Origin: Oligoflexia bacterium
GTDB lineage: Bacteria; Bdellovibrionota; UBA1018
DNA: 64,000 bases
Assembly (NCBI GenBank): GCA_963758495.1
Contig: CAVWVI010000004.1
Coordinates: 896,001-960,000, forward strand
Direction: 5' to 3'
Shown here: positions 43,822 through 53,971 of the stretch, piece by piece
Layout of the letters: each line of letters starts with the position of its first letter
Numbering within the stretch: position 1 is the stretch's first letter
Program-made: the position numbers and the translations under genes
Notes under the pieces: generated by a model
What the model was told of the DNA's origin: nothing
Seen by the model: the letters and a program-made list of their open reading frames with translations, nothing else
The model's database searches: none

Positions 43822-44970
43822 GTGGTTAAGATGAGTTTACCTCGAGTCGTCATTGATGCACGCATGGTTACATCGATTCCACACGGGATAGCTCGGTACG
43901 TCACACATTTAGCTAAAGGTTTAGAAATTCTTCATCACTCCACTCCATTGACTTATGAACCACTTTTTCTCGTTCATTCAACTTTTGGTTCAAATTTTAG
44001 TTCAAGTTTTAATGATCTATCTTTTGGACCTTTTCAAACGATTCCCGTATCCGCCTCATTTTTGAATCCTCAAGAGATTTTTGAAATTCCAAAAACGCTT
44101 AGAAAAGTGAAAGCAGCCGTCTATCACAGCCCCTCTTTTTCCAGCCTGTGGAACTGCCCTTGCCCCAGTGCCGTCACCATTCATGACCTCAATCACCTCA
44201 CCTACGGAGGCTTCAAAGAAAAACTTTACTACCAGACGCTACTTCGTCGCTTTGCACTCCACTCTCAAGCAGTCCTCACTGTTTCGGAATTTTCACGTGG
44301 GGAAATCTCTCATTGGCTCAATGTACCTCTGAATCAAATCAGCATCGTCTATAATGCACTCTCTCCCTCTCCACTCAATTCAAGTGAATCACTTTCGCCA
44401 GAACTCATTTTGAAAAAGTATCAATTACAGTCAGGGCGATATTTTTTCAGTCTTTCAAATTCCAAACCCCATAAAAATTTGCCTCTCCTCATTCGTGCTT
44501 ATGAAAAGTTTCAAACTCAAAAACAAAAAGAAGGGCAAGCTCAGGACGCATGGCCTCTTGTTCTTTCCATCAACGCTCCATTTTCAAACCCTGGGATTAT
44601 TTCCTTAGGGGGGCTCCCTGAAATAGAAGCCAATCTCTTATTAAAAAATGCCGCAGGTTTGTTTTTTCCATCTCTCTATGAGGGCTTCGGTCTTCCTCCC
44701 GTAGAAGCCGCTGCTCTCGGAATTCCTCTCGTGATCTCGAAAATCCCTCCTCATCAAGAGGGGCTCATTGATCTTTCTAGCCAAGAAGTTCTATGGGTGA
44801 ATCCCTCAGACGAAGAGGGCTGGACAAACGCTTTCCATCAGGCACAGAAGGGGCTCATTCTTCCTCCTTCACCTTTGAGCAGAAATAAAATCTTAAATCG
44901 GTTTAGCAGGGAAAGAATGGGGCAATCTATGGACCAAATCTATCGTCGCATGATAAAGGATATTTCATGA
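43822..44970 (+). CDS. Glycosyltransferase family 4 (mannosyltransferase-like)
   Basis: IDAR...GIARY, VTIHDL, TVSEFS, KPHKN, FPSLYEGFGLPPVEA. Confidence 0.92.
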   Translation: MVKMSLPRVVIDARMVTSIPHGIARYVTHLAKGLEILHHSTPLTYEPLFLVHSTFGSNFSSSFNDLSFGPFQTIPVSASFLNPQEIFEIPKTLRKVKAAVYHSPSFSSLWNCPCPSAVTIHDLNHLTYGGFKEKLYYQTLLRRFALHSQAVLTVSEFSRGEISHWLNVPLNQISIVYNALSPSPLNSSESLSPELILKKYQLQSGRYFFSLSNSKPHKNLPLLIRAYEKFQTQKQKEGQAQDAWPLVLSINAPFSNPGIISLGGLPEIEANLLLKNAAGLFFPSLYEGFGLPPVEAAALGIPLVISKIPPHQEGLIDLSSQEVLWVNPSDEEGWTNAFHQAQKGLILPPSPLSRNKILNRFSRERMGQSMDQIYRRMIKDIS

Positions 44971-45920
44971 AGCATGTGATTGTGACAGGTGGCGCGGGTT
45001 TTATTGGATCTCATCTTTGCGATACTTTATTAAACCAGGGATTTGCAGTAACCGCGATTGATAATTTCCTTACAGGTAGAATAGAAAACCTAACGGAAGC
45101 TCAAAAAAACCCTCACTTCTATTTTTTAAAGCAAGACATCTGTCAGCCCATTCAAGAGAATACCATTCCGTTTTTAAAACAATATGGTCTTTACGGGGTT
45201 TTGCACTTTGCTTGCCCAGCCAGCCCAGTTGACTTTGACCGTATCCCATTTGAAATACTCGCCGTGGACTCCATTGGCACAATGATTACGGTAGACTTGG
45301 CCCTTCGCTACCAAAGCCGTTACCTTGTCGCTTCAACTTCCGAAGTCTATGGCGATCCACTCGTTCACCCTCAAGAAGAAAATTATTGGGGAAATGTAAA
45401 TCCGATTGGACCGCGAGCCTGCTATGATGAAACCAAACGTTTTGCCGAAGCCTACGTGAGCACCGCAATTCGGCTCAAAAAACTAAATGGCGGAATTGTC
45501 CGAATATTTAATACTTACGGACCCAGGATGCGAATTGATGATGGCCGTATTGTGCCCGAACTTTGCCGTCAAGCGCTGGCCGGAGAACCTCTTACGATTC
45601 ATGGGGAAGGATTACAAACTCGAAGTTTTTGCTTTGTTACAGATCTTGTAGACGGCATCTTGCGACTGTTCCTGAGTGGAATTCAAGAGCCCGTAAATAT
45701 CGGAAACCCGGAAGAACGCACTGTCATCAACTTTGCTGAAATCGTTCGCAAACTTTCAGGAAGTCACTCTCCCCTTCGACATCTTCCTTCCCGAATTGAT
45801 GATCCCAAAAAACGATGCCCTGATATTTCTCGCGCTAAAAAACTTCTTGAATGGTCTCCAAAAGTGAACATCGAAGAAGGCATGAAACTTTCCCTCGATT
45901 ATTTCAGGACACAGCTGTGA
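44967..45920 (+). CDS. UDP-glucuronate decarboxylase-like NAD-dependent epimerase/dehydratase
   Basis: VTGGAGFIGSHL, HFACPASP, ASTSEVYGDP, YWGNVNPIGPRACYDETKR, RIFNTYGPRM. Confidence 0.93.
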   Translation: MKHVIVTGGAGFIGSHLCDTLLNQGFAVTAIDNFLTGRIENLTEAQKNPHFYFLKQDICQPIQENTIPFLKQYGLYGVLHFACPASPVDFDRIPFEILAVDSIGTMITVDLALRYQSRYLVASTSEVYGDPLVHPQEENYWGNVNPIGPRACYDETKRFAEAYVSTAIRLKKLNGGIVRIFNTYGPRMRIDDGRIVPELCRQALAGEPLTIHGEGLQTRSFCFVTDLVDGILRLFLSGIQEPVNIGNPEERTVINFAEIVRKLSGSHSPLRHLPSRIDDPKKRCPDISRAKKLLEWSPKVNIEEGMKLSLDYFRTQL

Positions 45921-47050
45921 TTCGCATCGCTCTTGTCCATGATTGGTTGACGGGTATGCGAGGTGGCGAATATGTACTGGAAGCCATTGCAGAGCTTTTT
46001 CCGAAAGCTGAATTATTTACCTTACTTTATGTGCCTGGAAAAATTTCTCCGACTTTAACCATTTTAAAAAGACACACGAGCTGGCTCCAAAAGATCCCTC
46101 ACGCGGAAAAACGATATCGGCACTTTCTTCCTCTCCTGCCATCCATGATAGAAGAATTTGATTTAACTGGTTTTGATCTCATTATTTCATCTTCTCATTG
46201 TGTGGCAAAAGGAATCCAAAAACCCCCTGGCGCCGTGCATGTCAGCTATGTTCATGCCCCGATGCGATATATTTGGGATCGATTTGATGAATATTTCGGC
46301 CCAGGCCGATCCTCATTCGCTGTCCGTGCAGCAGCCCACTTAGTCAGAAAAAGACTTCAGAAGTGGGACCGCGCAGTCAGTACAAAAGAACGAGTGGACT
46401 TGCTCATTGCTAATAGTCGCTACATTGCTGAACAAATTCGTAGCGCCTATGACAGAGAGGCAGAAGTCGTGCATCCTTTTGCAAATCTGAATCGATTTCT
46501 CTTACCCAGACAGGCGAGCCAAAATTATTTAATTGTTACGGCATTTGCGCCTTATAAAAGAATCGATATTGCAATTGAAGCCTTCAATCGATTGAAACTT
46601 CCTCTTCTCATCGTAGGCTCGGGTCAAGATGAACAGCGGTTAAAAAAGAAAGCAGGCCCTACCATCCGCTTTTTAGGATCTCTCTCTAACTCTGCCATTT
46701 CTGATCTGTATTCAAAATGTAGAGCGCTCATATTTCCGGGAGTGGAAGATTTTGGAATTACACCCGTTGAGGCAATGGCTTCGGGGGCTCCAGTGATTGC
46801 ATTCCAAAAGGGAGGCGCGGAAGAAACGATAACAGAAGAGACCGGGATTTTCTTTAGCCCACAAACTGTGGAAGCACTGATGGAAGCTGTTTTAAAAATG
46901 GAAAAAACTGATTCTCAATCTTGGGAAAGACCCTGTCAAAAACAGGCATCTCTGTTCTCCAAAGAACGATTTCAACGCGAATTTCTAGAAGCAGTACACA
47001 AGGCCTGGGTAAAAGCAGGGAAAGATCCTCAGCTTCTTGTTTCCTCTTAA
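45917..47050 (+). CDS. Glycosyltransferase family 4
   Basis: IALVHDWLTGMRGGE, ISSSHCVAKG, PMRYIWD, PYKRID, EDFGITPVEAMASG; start set at GTG 45917 (GTGA overlap). Confidence 0.92.
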   Translation: MIRIALVHDWLTGMRGGEYVLEAIAELFPKAELFTLLYVPGKISPTLTILKRHTSWLQKIPHAEKRYRHFLPLLPSMIEEFDLTGFDLIISSSHCVAKGIQKPPGAVHVSYVHAPMRYIWDRFDEYFGPGRSSFAVRAAAHLVRKRLQKWDRAVSTKERVDLLIANSRYIAEQIRSAYDREAEVVHPFANLNRFLLPRQASQNYLIVTAFAPYKRIDIAIEAFNRLKLPLLIVGSGQDEQRLKKKAGPTIRFLGSLSNSAISDLYSKCRALIFPGVEDFGITPVEAMASGAPVIAFQKGGAEETITEETGIFFSPQTVEALMEAVLKMEKTDSQSWERPCQKQASLFSKERFQREFLEAVHKAWVKAGKDPQLLVSS

Positions 47051-47067
47051 ACTTCAGCTAAACGAAA

Positions 47068-48015
47068 CTAAGCTAAACTAATCATTTGGATCAATTCCTT
47101 TTGACGTTCAACCAATTCTGCATTCTTCAATTTCATGAGTCGATAGAAGCTGAAATCTTCAACCGTAAAGCTAGCCATAACACAGCCAGCAAGAACTGCT
47201 CTTCGTAAAAGCTGTTCCCATTTTTCAGGATCGGTTTTTGCCAAATCCCGATGAGCTTGAGCTTCAGCTAAATATCCCATAAATGCACCTGCAAAGCTAT
47301 CGCCTGCTCCTGTCGGATCTACTACGTTTGAGACTGGAAAAGCAGGTGCTAAAAATAACCCTGAAGATGTGAAAAGCATCGCTCCATATTCGCCACGTTT
47401 AATAATGAGGACAGACGGTCCCATTGCTTGAATTCGTTGTGCTGCCTTTAAAATATTTTTCTCACCTGAAAGCAAATAACACTCTCCTTCATTTAAAGAG
47501 AGAATATCAACACGCTTTAAAGTAGTGCGAACTTCATCTGGCTTTCCAGCAATCCAAAAATTCATGCTATCGCATGCGACCAAACGAGGCGATTTAACTT
47601 GATCCAACACTCTTTGCTGAAGAATCGGATCAATATTTGCTAAAAACAGGAAAGGAGCTTCTTGATGCTTGAGACTGAGCTTCGGATCAAAATGTTCAAA
47701 CACATTGAGCGCGGTAGAAAGAGTTTGAGCCTCATTTAAATTCTTATCGTATGAACCGACCCAATGAAAAGTCTTACCCTGGGCAATTTGAACCCCGCTT
47801 ACATCAATTTTACGATCTGCAAGCCAATTTAAATGTGATTTTGGAAAATCCTCTCCGACAACCCCAACCACTTCAATAGGAGCATAAAATGATGCCGCTA
47901 TTGAGAAATAATTCACGGAGCCGCCCAGTACAGAGTCCGCCTTGCCTGTTGGAGTTTGAATCGTATCAAAGGCTAACGAACCCACAGTCAAAATCGAAAG
48001 AGGATGATGTTCCAT
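47068..48015 (-). CDS. PfkB-family carbohydrate kinase
   Basis: VGSLAFD, LGGS, IKRGEYGA, DPTGAGDSFAG anion-hole motif. Confidence 0.93.
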   Translation of the reverse strand: MEHHPLSILTVGSLAFDTIQTPTGKADSVLGGSVNYFSIAASFYAPIEVVGVVGEDFPKSHLNWLADRKIDVSGVQIAQGKTFHWVGSYDKNLNEAQTLSTALNVFEHFDPKLSLKHQEAPFLFLANIDPILQQRVLDQVKSPRLVACDSMNFWIAGKPDEVRTTLKRVDILSLNEGECYLLSGEKNILKAAQRIQAMGPSVLIIKRGEYGAMLFTSSGLFLAPAFPVSNVVDPTGAGDSFAGAFMGYLAEAQAHRDLAKTDPEKWEQLLRRAVLAGCVMASFTVEDFSFYRLMKLKNAELVERQKELIQMISLA

Positions 48016-48096
48016 GGTCGCAGTAAAGCCCGAGAGTACCTCTAAGTCAAGAAGTACTGTCGAGTAAACACCTGAGCCATAAAGGAACTACTTACG

Positions 48097-48687
48097 TTAA
48101 TAAATGATTTCCCTGGAATCTCGCCAAAAACTCTCTTTTCCTTTGAAAACGGGAACCTGAACAAGACTCCTCTTCTCATTCATTTCATCTAGCGCATCTA
48201 GGGCTAACTCTAATCCTCGCCACCCTATTCCCATTGCCTTCCATTGGTTTGGCCGGACGCTACAAATCAAACAAAATACCTGAGCTTGAATCACCCGATC
48301 CAGGTCTGAATAAAATACGATCCAATTTGAATCCACACTACTCCACACAGACCCTTTCTGATCAAAACTCACAGGAAGAGCACGTAATGCCCTTTGAACT
48401 TCATGAATATCTTGAACTAAGGTCATTCCTCGGCTCCTCAGCGCGTGTTGGAAAACCCGATCGGAGGGAAGATGAGTTCGTTCCCATTTTAAGATGGCCT
48501 CACTTTGACTCAAAGTATTTGCCCAAGCTCCTAGCCCGATCGCAGTTAATATAAATCCTGCACTCGCCAGCCGGCTCCTTTGATTCCGGACGCTTGCTTT
48601 AAAGCGTTTCGGTATCTCAGATATTCCTCCCTGAATGCGTAGCTTAACGCTAAACAACCTGTAGCAATCAGAAAAATCCATATACAA
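48097..48687 (-). CDS. Hypothetical protein downstream of the pilin cluster (start uncertain)
   Basis: Open frame with hydrophobic segment AGFILTAIGLGAWA; 5' part overlaps the preceding pseudopilin-like ORF, so the true start is probably later. Confidence 0.45.
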   Translation of the reverse strand: MYMDFSDCYRLFSVKLRIQGGISEIPKRFKASVRNQRSRLASAGFILTAIGLGAWANTLSQSEAILKWERTHLPSDRVFQHALRSRGMTLVQDIHEVQRALRALPVSFDQKGSVWSSVDSNWIVFYSDLDRVIQAQVFCLICSVRPNQWKAMGIGWRGLELALDALDEMNEKRSLVQVPVFKGKESFWRDSREIIY

Positions 48688-48776
48688 GCCTCAATAAAAA
48701 TTTGCCCTTCAGAACTTCTGCGGAACGGTCCAGGTAGAAATCCATTTTTTTCTCTCAAAAATCGAATCACTCTCAT
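48546..48776 (-). CDS. TadE/F-like pseudopilin
   Basis: 3' part of ORF 48546..48944: SSEGQIFIEACIWIFLIATGCLAL prepilin-type G|xxxxE + TM; AAGGAG near 48776/48770. Confidence 0.55.
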   Translation of the reverse strand: MRVIRFLREKNGFLPGPFRRSSEGQIFIEACIWIFLIATGCLALSYAFREEYLRYRNALKQASGIKGAGWRVQDLY

Positions 48777-49308
48777 CTCCTTGTACTTTTGCCGCTGCCA
48801 CTCTTGGAAAATGCCGGATTTGTAAATGAAATGATTTGGGCATTTGCCCTGACCACCGCAATGCCTTTGGCCCAATTGAATCTGGGGGATCTCTGGTAAA
48901 TTCAAGCCCAGGTAACGGCAAAGCATGGTCACCCCTTTGCCCACACCCCTGAGATAAGAACCATTTTAAACTTTTGGCTTTCCATTGAACTTGAATCCAA
49001 TCCTGTTTTGAAACCACTACGATTAACCCTGCTTCTAACGGCGGAATCAAGGGTGGGTACAGCTTTGCTGCTTCAATGGATGCTCTCAATTCAAGAATTT
49101 TTTGATTTAATAAAAAAAGTGAATTCAAGGTATCCCGAAAATCATGCGCTGCACGCCCCACGCATTGATTCAATCGAAGCTGAGTCTCCACCATGAACCT
49201 CCAGTGCCTCAAAAATCCCCAAATCCCACATCCCGCTATTACAATCGTAAAAAGAATCAGTAGGAGAGGAATCTGAAGACTCCCTTCCACTCTCCGATCC
49301 GTTACCAT
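48709..49308 (-). CDS. Pseudopilin-like (TadE/TadG-type) membrane-anchored protein
   Basis: MVTDRRVEG|SLQIPLLLILFTIVIAG; ATG 49308 overlaps the upstream stop; within the flp cluster. Confidence 0.55.
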   Translation of the reverse strand: MVTDRRVEGSLQIPLLLILFTIVIAGCGIWGFLRHWRFMVETQLRLNQCVGRAAHDFRDTLNSLFLLNQKILELRASIEAAKLYPPLIPPLEAGLIVVVSKQDWIQVQWKAKSLKWFLSQGCGQRGDHALPLPGLEFTRDPPDSIGPKALRWSGQMPKSFHLQIRHFPRVAAAKVQGDESDSIFERKKWISTWTVPQKF

Positions 49309-49592
49309 TGGGCGGACTCCAAAAGAGGCAATTCCACTTCTTCTTTCATATTTCCACAATAGCCTACTCCCCGTACACTATTGCTAAACTCCGTAATAGA
49401 CACCGGAATGCGAGATTTGAGGTTTGGCCGTCCTATCAAACGAAAGTAGGTACTTTCAAAAACAAGATAAGCACATTGACTTCGCTGCCATTCACTTTGT
49501 AATAATTTGACTGCCAAAATAACTGTCAGTGAGGAAATCACTGAAAATATTACAAATTCAATCAATGTTTGGCCTTTTGTGCAAAAACTCAT
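49302..49592 (-). CDS. TadE-like pseudopilin
   Basis: KG|QTLIEF + hydrophobic helix; ATGA overlap with the flp stop. Confidence 0.7.
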   Translation of the reverse strand: MSFCTKGQTLIEFVIFSVISSLTVILAVKLLQSEWQRSQCAYLVFESTYFRLIGRPNLKSRIPVSITEFSNSVRGVGYCGNMKEEVELPLLESAQW

Positions 49593-49762
49593 CGTACATC
49601 ATCAAAATTAATATCCGAATGAATGTGACTTCTTGCAGTCTGAATTTTTTGCTTAACTGTAGTCCCCAACGTTTTGGCAGCTCCTACAGCCACAAGTGAA
49701 ACTAAAACTAAGAGTGTAATATACTCCGTTAGACCTTGTCCTTTATCATTAAGAATATTCAT
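49589..49762 (-). CDS. flp: Flp (type IVb/Tad) major pilin, 57 aa
   Basis: Not in ORF track. MNILNDKG|QGLTEYITLLVLVSLVAVGAAKTLGTTVKQKIQTARSHIHSDINFDDVR; Flp G-xxxx-EY motif; AGGAGG RBS. Confidence 0.9.
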   Translation of the reverse strand: MNILNDKGQGLTEYITLLVLVSLVAVGAAKTLGTTVKQKIQTARSHIHSDINFDDVR

Positions 49763-49980
49763 TTAACCGACCTCCTTTTGGGACAAGAGATATGAAAAAC
49801 TTGAGCCATCAGAGGTGCAGAAAATGAGCTGGGATCGTTCGAAATCAATACATAAGCGCCAAACTTAGGACTTATTTGAAGTTTTGATGTCTCGAAACCT
49901 AGATGCATTGCGCCAAGGAAGTGCCGCTTGATACATTCCAAATAGATAAGGTATACTGACTTGATGAGACTGGACGGAAA

Positions 49981-50658
49981 ATGGATGCTTCCGTAAAAAC
50001 TAAGCAGCGCCTTTTTATCTATGATCGCAAGGAAATCATTGTCCTTATTCTTTTGGGTAGCATGGTGGCTTTATTTACTTTTACCTTAGGAGTTCACCTA
50101 GGAAAGCGAGTGGGAAAGAGAGCAATCAAAAGTACATCCGAAGATACTCCCATGATCCATCCTTTAGCAGATCAAACTCCAAACCGGCAAGAGTTCACAG
50201 AACGCGCTAAAGAACCCCAACGAGATTTTGAAAAAGAAATAAGCCAAGAACTTCACAACGAAGTCATTCGAACCGGCTTGAAAATAGATATACCGCGTCA
50301 AGTTGATTTGCCTGAAAAGCCAAAAAGTCTCAATGGGGGCGCAACTTCTCTTGAATCCACACATTCAGAACGATATCCACAGTCCGTCTCAAAACCAAGA
50401 CCTCAACGTCAAGACAACTACACTTTACAAATTGGCTCTCATGCTTCTTTAGAAGAGGCAAAAAATCAGGTAACTTCCATCTCATCCCAAACGGAATTAA
50501 AACCCTTCTTGCACGAAGTTGAGTTAAAAGGTAAAGGCAAGTGGTATCGAGTTTATGTGGGACAATTTCCCTCTCGGACACTTGCTGAAAAAGCAGGAGA
50601 GAAATTTCGTTCGCAACACCAAATTGCTTCTTTCGTTGTCGCGAAGGTATTAGATTAA
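49981..50658 (+). CDS. SPOR domain cell-division protein (FtsN/DedD-like)
   Basis: N-terminal TM, low-complexity linker, YTLQIGS...KGKWYRVYVGQF SPOR domain. Confidence 0.88.
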   Translation: MDASVKTKQRLFIYDRKEIIVLILLGSMVALFTFTLGVHLGKRVGKRAIKSTSEDTPMIHPLADQTPNRQEFTERAKEPQRDFEKEISQELHNEVIRTGLKIDIPRQVDLPEKPKSLNGGATSLESTHSERYPQSVSKPRPQRQDNYTLQIGSHASLEEAKNQVTSISSQTELKPFLHEVELKGKGKWYRVYVGQFPSRTLAEKAGEKFRSQHQIASFVVAKVLD

Positions 50659-50672
50659 AAAGGTGAGATTTT

Positions 50673-51032
50673 ATGTCAAAAAAGTCTATCCAAAAGGTTG
50701 AAAAACCCTGGGGTCATGAGTTGATATGGGCAAAGACCCAGCAATACGTGGGTAAAATTCTGCATATTAACAAAGGGCATAAACTCTCACTCCAATATCA
50801 TCGGATCAAGGAAGAAACCATTCTCCTCTATTCTGGAAAAATGAGCTTCATTTTTGAAAATGAACAAGGAGTGCTTGAGGAAATTATTTTAGAAGCCGGG
50901 CAAGCCCACCATATTCCTACGGGACGAAAACATAGAATGATAGCCCTGGAGGATTGCGAAGTTTTCGAAGTTTCAACCCCCCAACTCGATGATGTAGTCC
51001 GCCTCGAAGACGGTTATGGCAGGACAACGTAA
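50673..51032 (+). CDS. Cupin domain protein (mannose-6-phosphate isomerase-like)
   Basis: VEKPWGHE, LSLQYHRIKEET, HIPTGRKHRM, EVSTP, DDVVRLED. Confidence 0.85.
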   Translation: MSKKSIQKVEKPWGHELIWAKTQQYVGKILHINKGHKLSLQYHRIKEETILLYSGKMSFIFENEQGVLEEIILEAGQAHHIPTGRKHRMIALEDCEVFEVSTPQLDDVVRLEDGYGRTT

Positions 51033-51053
51033 GTACTAAAGGTATCAATCCTC

Positions 51054-53084
51054 TCAAGCAGCACCACTCGTGCCTTCTGATGCGCCCCCTAGTGGAAGCT
51101 TTTTCAGTTGTTTGATCTCAGTTTTCAAACGATCTACTTCTAATTTCATTTGAATTTCATTTTTCTTAAGGGCTAAAACTCGCTCTCTCATCACGTCTAC
51201 TTCTTTTCTATTTTTCACTGAACTTTTCAGTGCCTCGTCCAACTGAAACTTAAGCTGATCATTCGTTTTACTATCATCCATTTTATTTCTTCGAGAACTA
51301 TTCTGCTCCTGCCTCAATAATTGCTGATTGGTCCTTTTTACATCCTCAAATTGAGCACAAATTCGGTCATATTTTGTCTGAAGGTGGGTGAGCTCGTGTA
51401 GTGAAGAACTTTGCATCGATTCTGATTTTGCTAGATTTAACTGAGTTTTTAGGTCATTGACTTGACTTTTCAAATCATTCACTCGCCGAGACAACAGAAT
51501 ACCTTCTTCTTTAGAAGTCACTAACATTTTGTGAACTTGGTTGTATTTTTCTTGATAAATAATATCAGAAGAAAACTTAGCCAATTGATCCTTGACTTGA
51601 ATCAGTGCAATATTTGTCTCCGAAATCTTCGCCTTTTTAAATTCAATATCTCTCTCAAGTGCAGTTATTTTATTTTTTAACTCCTTTTCATTTGCTCTAA
51701 CTGACATCACTACTTTCTTAGCAGCTTCAGTGATTCGAAATCTTTCTGAAATAAATTCTTCCATTAATGTTTTTACATGCAATACGCTAGGATTATCTCT
51801 CACAGACTCGTGAGCTGTCATCAATTCCTGTCTAACTTGCATCACCCTTTGTCCGAGAGCGCCTTCACTCATTTCTTTTATAAGGTTTTTTGATTCTGTT
51901 TCTGGATCAGAGAGTTCGGCTCCAGTAATCGACACATCCACATCTAATTCGCCATCTGTCTTATCTGAGTTACTCGCACCAGAGACAATAATTGTTGAAC
52001 TACCTACTTGAGGCTGTTTCTCACCTGCTATTCTAATGAATTCATCATTAAACTGTTCGGTAACACCTTTAATGGTTACTTTTGATTCATCGTCTTGATC
52101 TTGGATCTTTTGACCGTGAATAATTATACTTTCTGGACTAGAATCCTTCGTCCCCTTTACGATGATCTCTCCGAGAGTCGCGTCTGCTGTACCCTTCACT
52201 ACGATCGACTCTAGATTCATGTGATCAGTGGTTCCTTTTACAATGATCTCTTCTTGAATCGCGTCTGACTTACCCTTGACCACGATTGATTCTAGAGTTG
52301 AATCCTCCATCTCCTGACTCACTCCAATCGCTTCTTCGGGCACTTCTTCTGGCTTTTCTGGTTGCCCTGGCGCTAAGAGTTCACCCGTCGGAAACACAGG
52401 AATTTTAGATAAATGCTTTTTAGTTACCCCATCTTGTAAAAGCTTGGGATAATCCAAGTCTCCTAGTTGAATATAAGCCTTGGGTCTTGGCGTATTCTGT
52501 AAGTTTGGCCTATCTAGAATCACTAATTCTAAAGGCGGCTTAATTTTAAGTACCTCTGAATCTATTTTACCTAAAATACCAAGGAACAAATCAATTTCAA
52601 CCTTCCTCATTCCTGGTTCATATTTTACAATCAATCGATCTGCATATTTTTGAAATGCTATGAGCATTTCTTCGAAGGTATCATTGGACTCTTCTTTAAA
52701 AATTCGTTCGGAAAGACCCTTTGAATTTAAATTTACTTTGGAACTCAAATTAAAGGAAATCCCTACCACCACCTTCTCTTGATCAATTCCACATTCCAAT
52801 AGGAGAGGTTCCTCTAAAAGATCATCATCTTTTGGAAAAAATCGAAAACTTTTCTCTTTATATTGGCTCCGATATCCCTGAAAAACTCCAAATATGAGAA
52901 AAACTCTCAATCTAAATTCGTCAACCCCTACCTTTTTTAGTTTAGCAACAATCAAATCAGAAACTCGGCCCAGGCTTCGCGTACTGAATAAAGCACTATA
53001 AAAAATCTCAGCCTCTTCTCTCAATAATCCGGCAACACCAAAGGATTCCAATAGTCGTGGCTTATTTTTTCCAAATTTATCCAC
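51054..53084 (-). CDS. Hypothetical protein with central IxVKG repeats and C-terminal coiled coil
   Basis: 676-aa ORF; about 8 short beta-type repeats; long heptad-rich C-terminal third. Confidence 0.75.
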   Translation of the reverse strand: MDKFGKNKPRLLESFGVAGLLREEAEIFYSALFSTRSLGRVSDLIVAKLKKVGVDEFRLRVFLIFGVFQGYRSQYKEKSFRFFPKDDDLLEEPLLLECGIDQEKVVVGISFNLSSKVNLNSKGLSERIFKEESNDTFEEMLIAFQKYADRLIVKYEPGMRKVEIDLFLGILGKIDSEVLKIKPPLELVILDRPNLQNTPRPKAYIQLGDLDYPKLLQDGVTKKHLSKIPVFPTGELLAPGQPEKPEEVPEEAIGVSQEMEDSTLESIVVKGKSDAIQEEIIVKGTTDHMNLESIVVKGTADATLGEIIVKGTKDSSPESIIIHGQKIQDQDDESKVTIKGVTEQFNDEFIRIAGEKQPQVGSSTIIVSGASNSDKTDGELDVDVSITGAELSDPETESKNLIKEMSEGALGQRVMQVRQELMTAHESVRDNPSVLHVKTLMEEFISERFRITEAAKKVVMSVRANEKELKNKITALERDIEFKKAKISETNIALIQVKDQLAKFSSDIIYQEKYNQVHKMLVTSKEEGILLSRRVNDLKSQVNDLKTQLNLAKSESMQSSSLHELTHLQTKYDRICAQFEDVKRTNQQLLRQEQNSSRRNKMDDSKTNDQLKFQLDEALKSSVKNRKEVDVMRERVLALKKNEIQMKLEVDRLKTEIKQLKKLPLGGASEGTSGAA

Positions 53085-53910
53085 CTAAAAAACCTCGATT
53101 CTTTGGTAATAATTCCAATCGAATTCTATCGAGGCGATCTTCTAATTTTTGAGAAAGTCTCCCTAATCTTTTTTTAAAAAAATCAATATTAACTTTTTTG
53201 TTATAATTACCCTTAAGGGTGGAATGAGCAACGAAAACAAGCTCATCCACTTCATTTCGAACCTCATGCTCTGACTCTCCGGCAATGCATGCATCGAATA
53301 TTCGATTTCTTAATCTATTTAAAAACTCAATGTTGCAATAACCCAAATGCAATGCCAAAAATATGGCCCAACTGGATCGAAATAAAGCGTAATCAAAATT
53401 AATAACTCCTCTTTCCCGAGCATCAATCAGCTTATCTTTAGAAAAAAGATCACAAAGCTCATTTACAAAGACGATCACGAAATAGGGGTCAATCCCTTGA
53501 CCATTTTTAGAATCCTGAGACCAAAGAGGGCCAATAGTTTTCAATATATGATCCGAGATTTCAAATTCCGCGAGAGGTAAGAGATCTTCGGAAGAAGAAG
53601 GTTCCTCCGCAGAATCCGGTATTTCAACCCTCGTAGTTAAAATGAGTCGCGCTTGCCTACCTGCTTCTCGAAAAGGAAGTAAAGATGACGCAAACTCAGG
53701 GTAATAAAAGTATTTATAAAATTTAAGACGACTCAACTCCTCAGGAGTAAAAAAATCTAATGGAGCTTTAACAGTAATAAATTTTTGATTTGCCTTTAAA
53801 TAAAGATAAACGGGTGCCATCATCAGTGCAAAGGGCCTTATTGTATTAATTTGCACACGATACAACTTGTCAATCATGTCACTTGATGGTTTTTCTTTAT
53901 TTAAATCCAT
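53077..53910 (-). CDS. Hypothetical protein
   Basis: 277-aa ORF with GGGG RBS, overlaps the downstream start by 8 nt. Confidence 0.7.
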   Translation of the reverse strand: MDLNKEKPSSDMIDKLYRVQINTIRPFALMMAPVYLYLKANQKFITVKAPLDFFTPEELSRLKFYKYFYYPEFASSLLPFREAGRQARLILTTRVEIPDSAEEPSSSEDLLPLAEFEISDHILKTIGPLWSQDSKNGQGIDPYFVIVFVNELCDLFSKDKLIDARERGVINFDYALFRSSWAIFLALHLGYCNIEFLNRLRNRIFDACIAGESEHEVRNEVDELVFVAHSTLKGNYNKKVNIDFFKKRLGRLSQKLEDRLDRIRLELLPKNRGFLGG

Positions 53911-53926
53911 ACACCCCTTCAGTCTC

Positions 53927-53954
53927 TTTTCGGTAGAAGGGAGTAAATGATTAA
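53927..53954 (-). promoter_or_regulatory. Possible sigma-28 (FliA) promoter
   Basis: Minus strand TAAT-N15-ACCGAAAA just upstream of the 277-aa gene. Confidence 0.35.
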
Positions 53955-53971
53955 CTCACTGAGCCTTTTTC

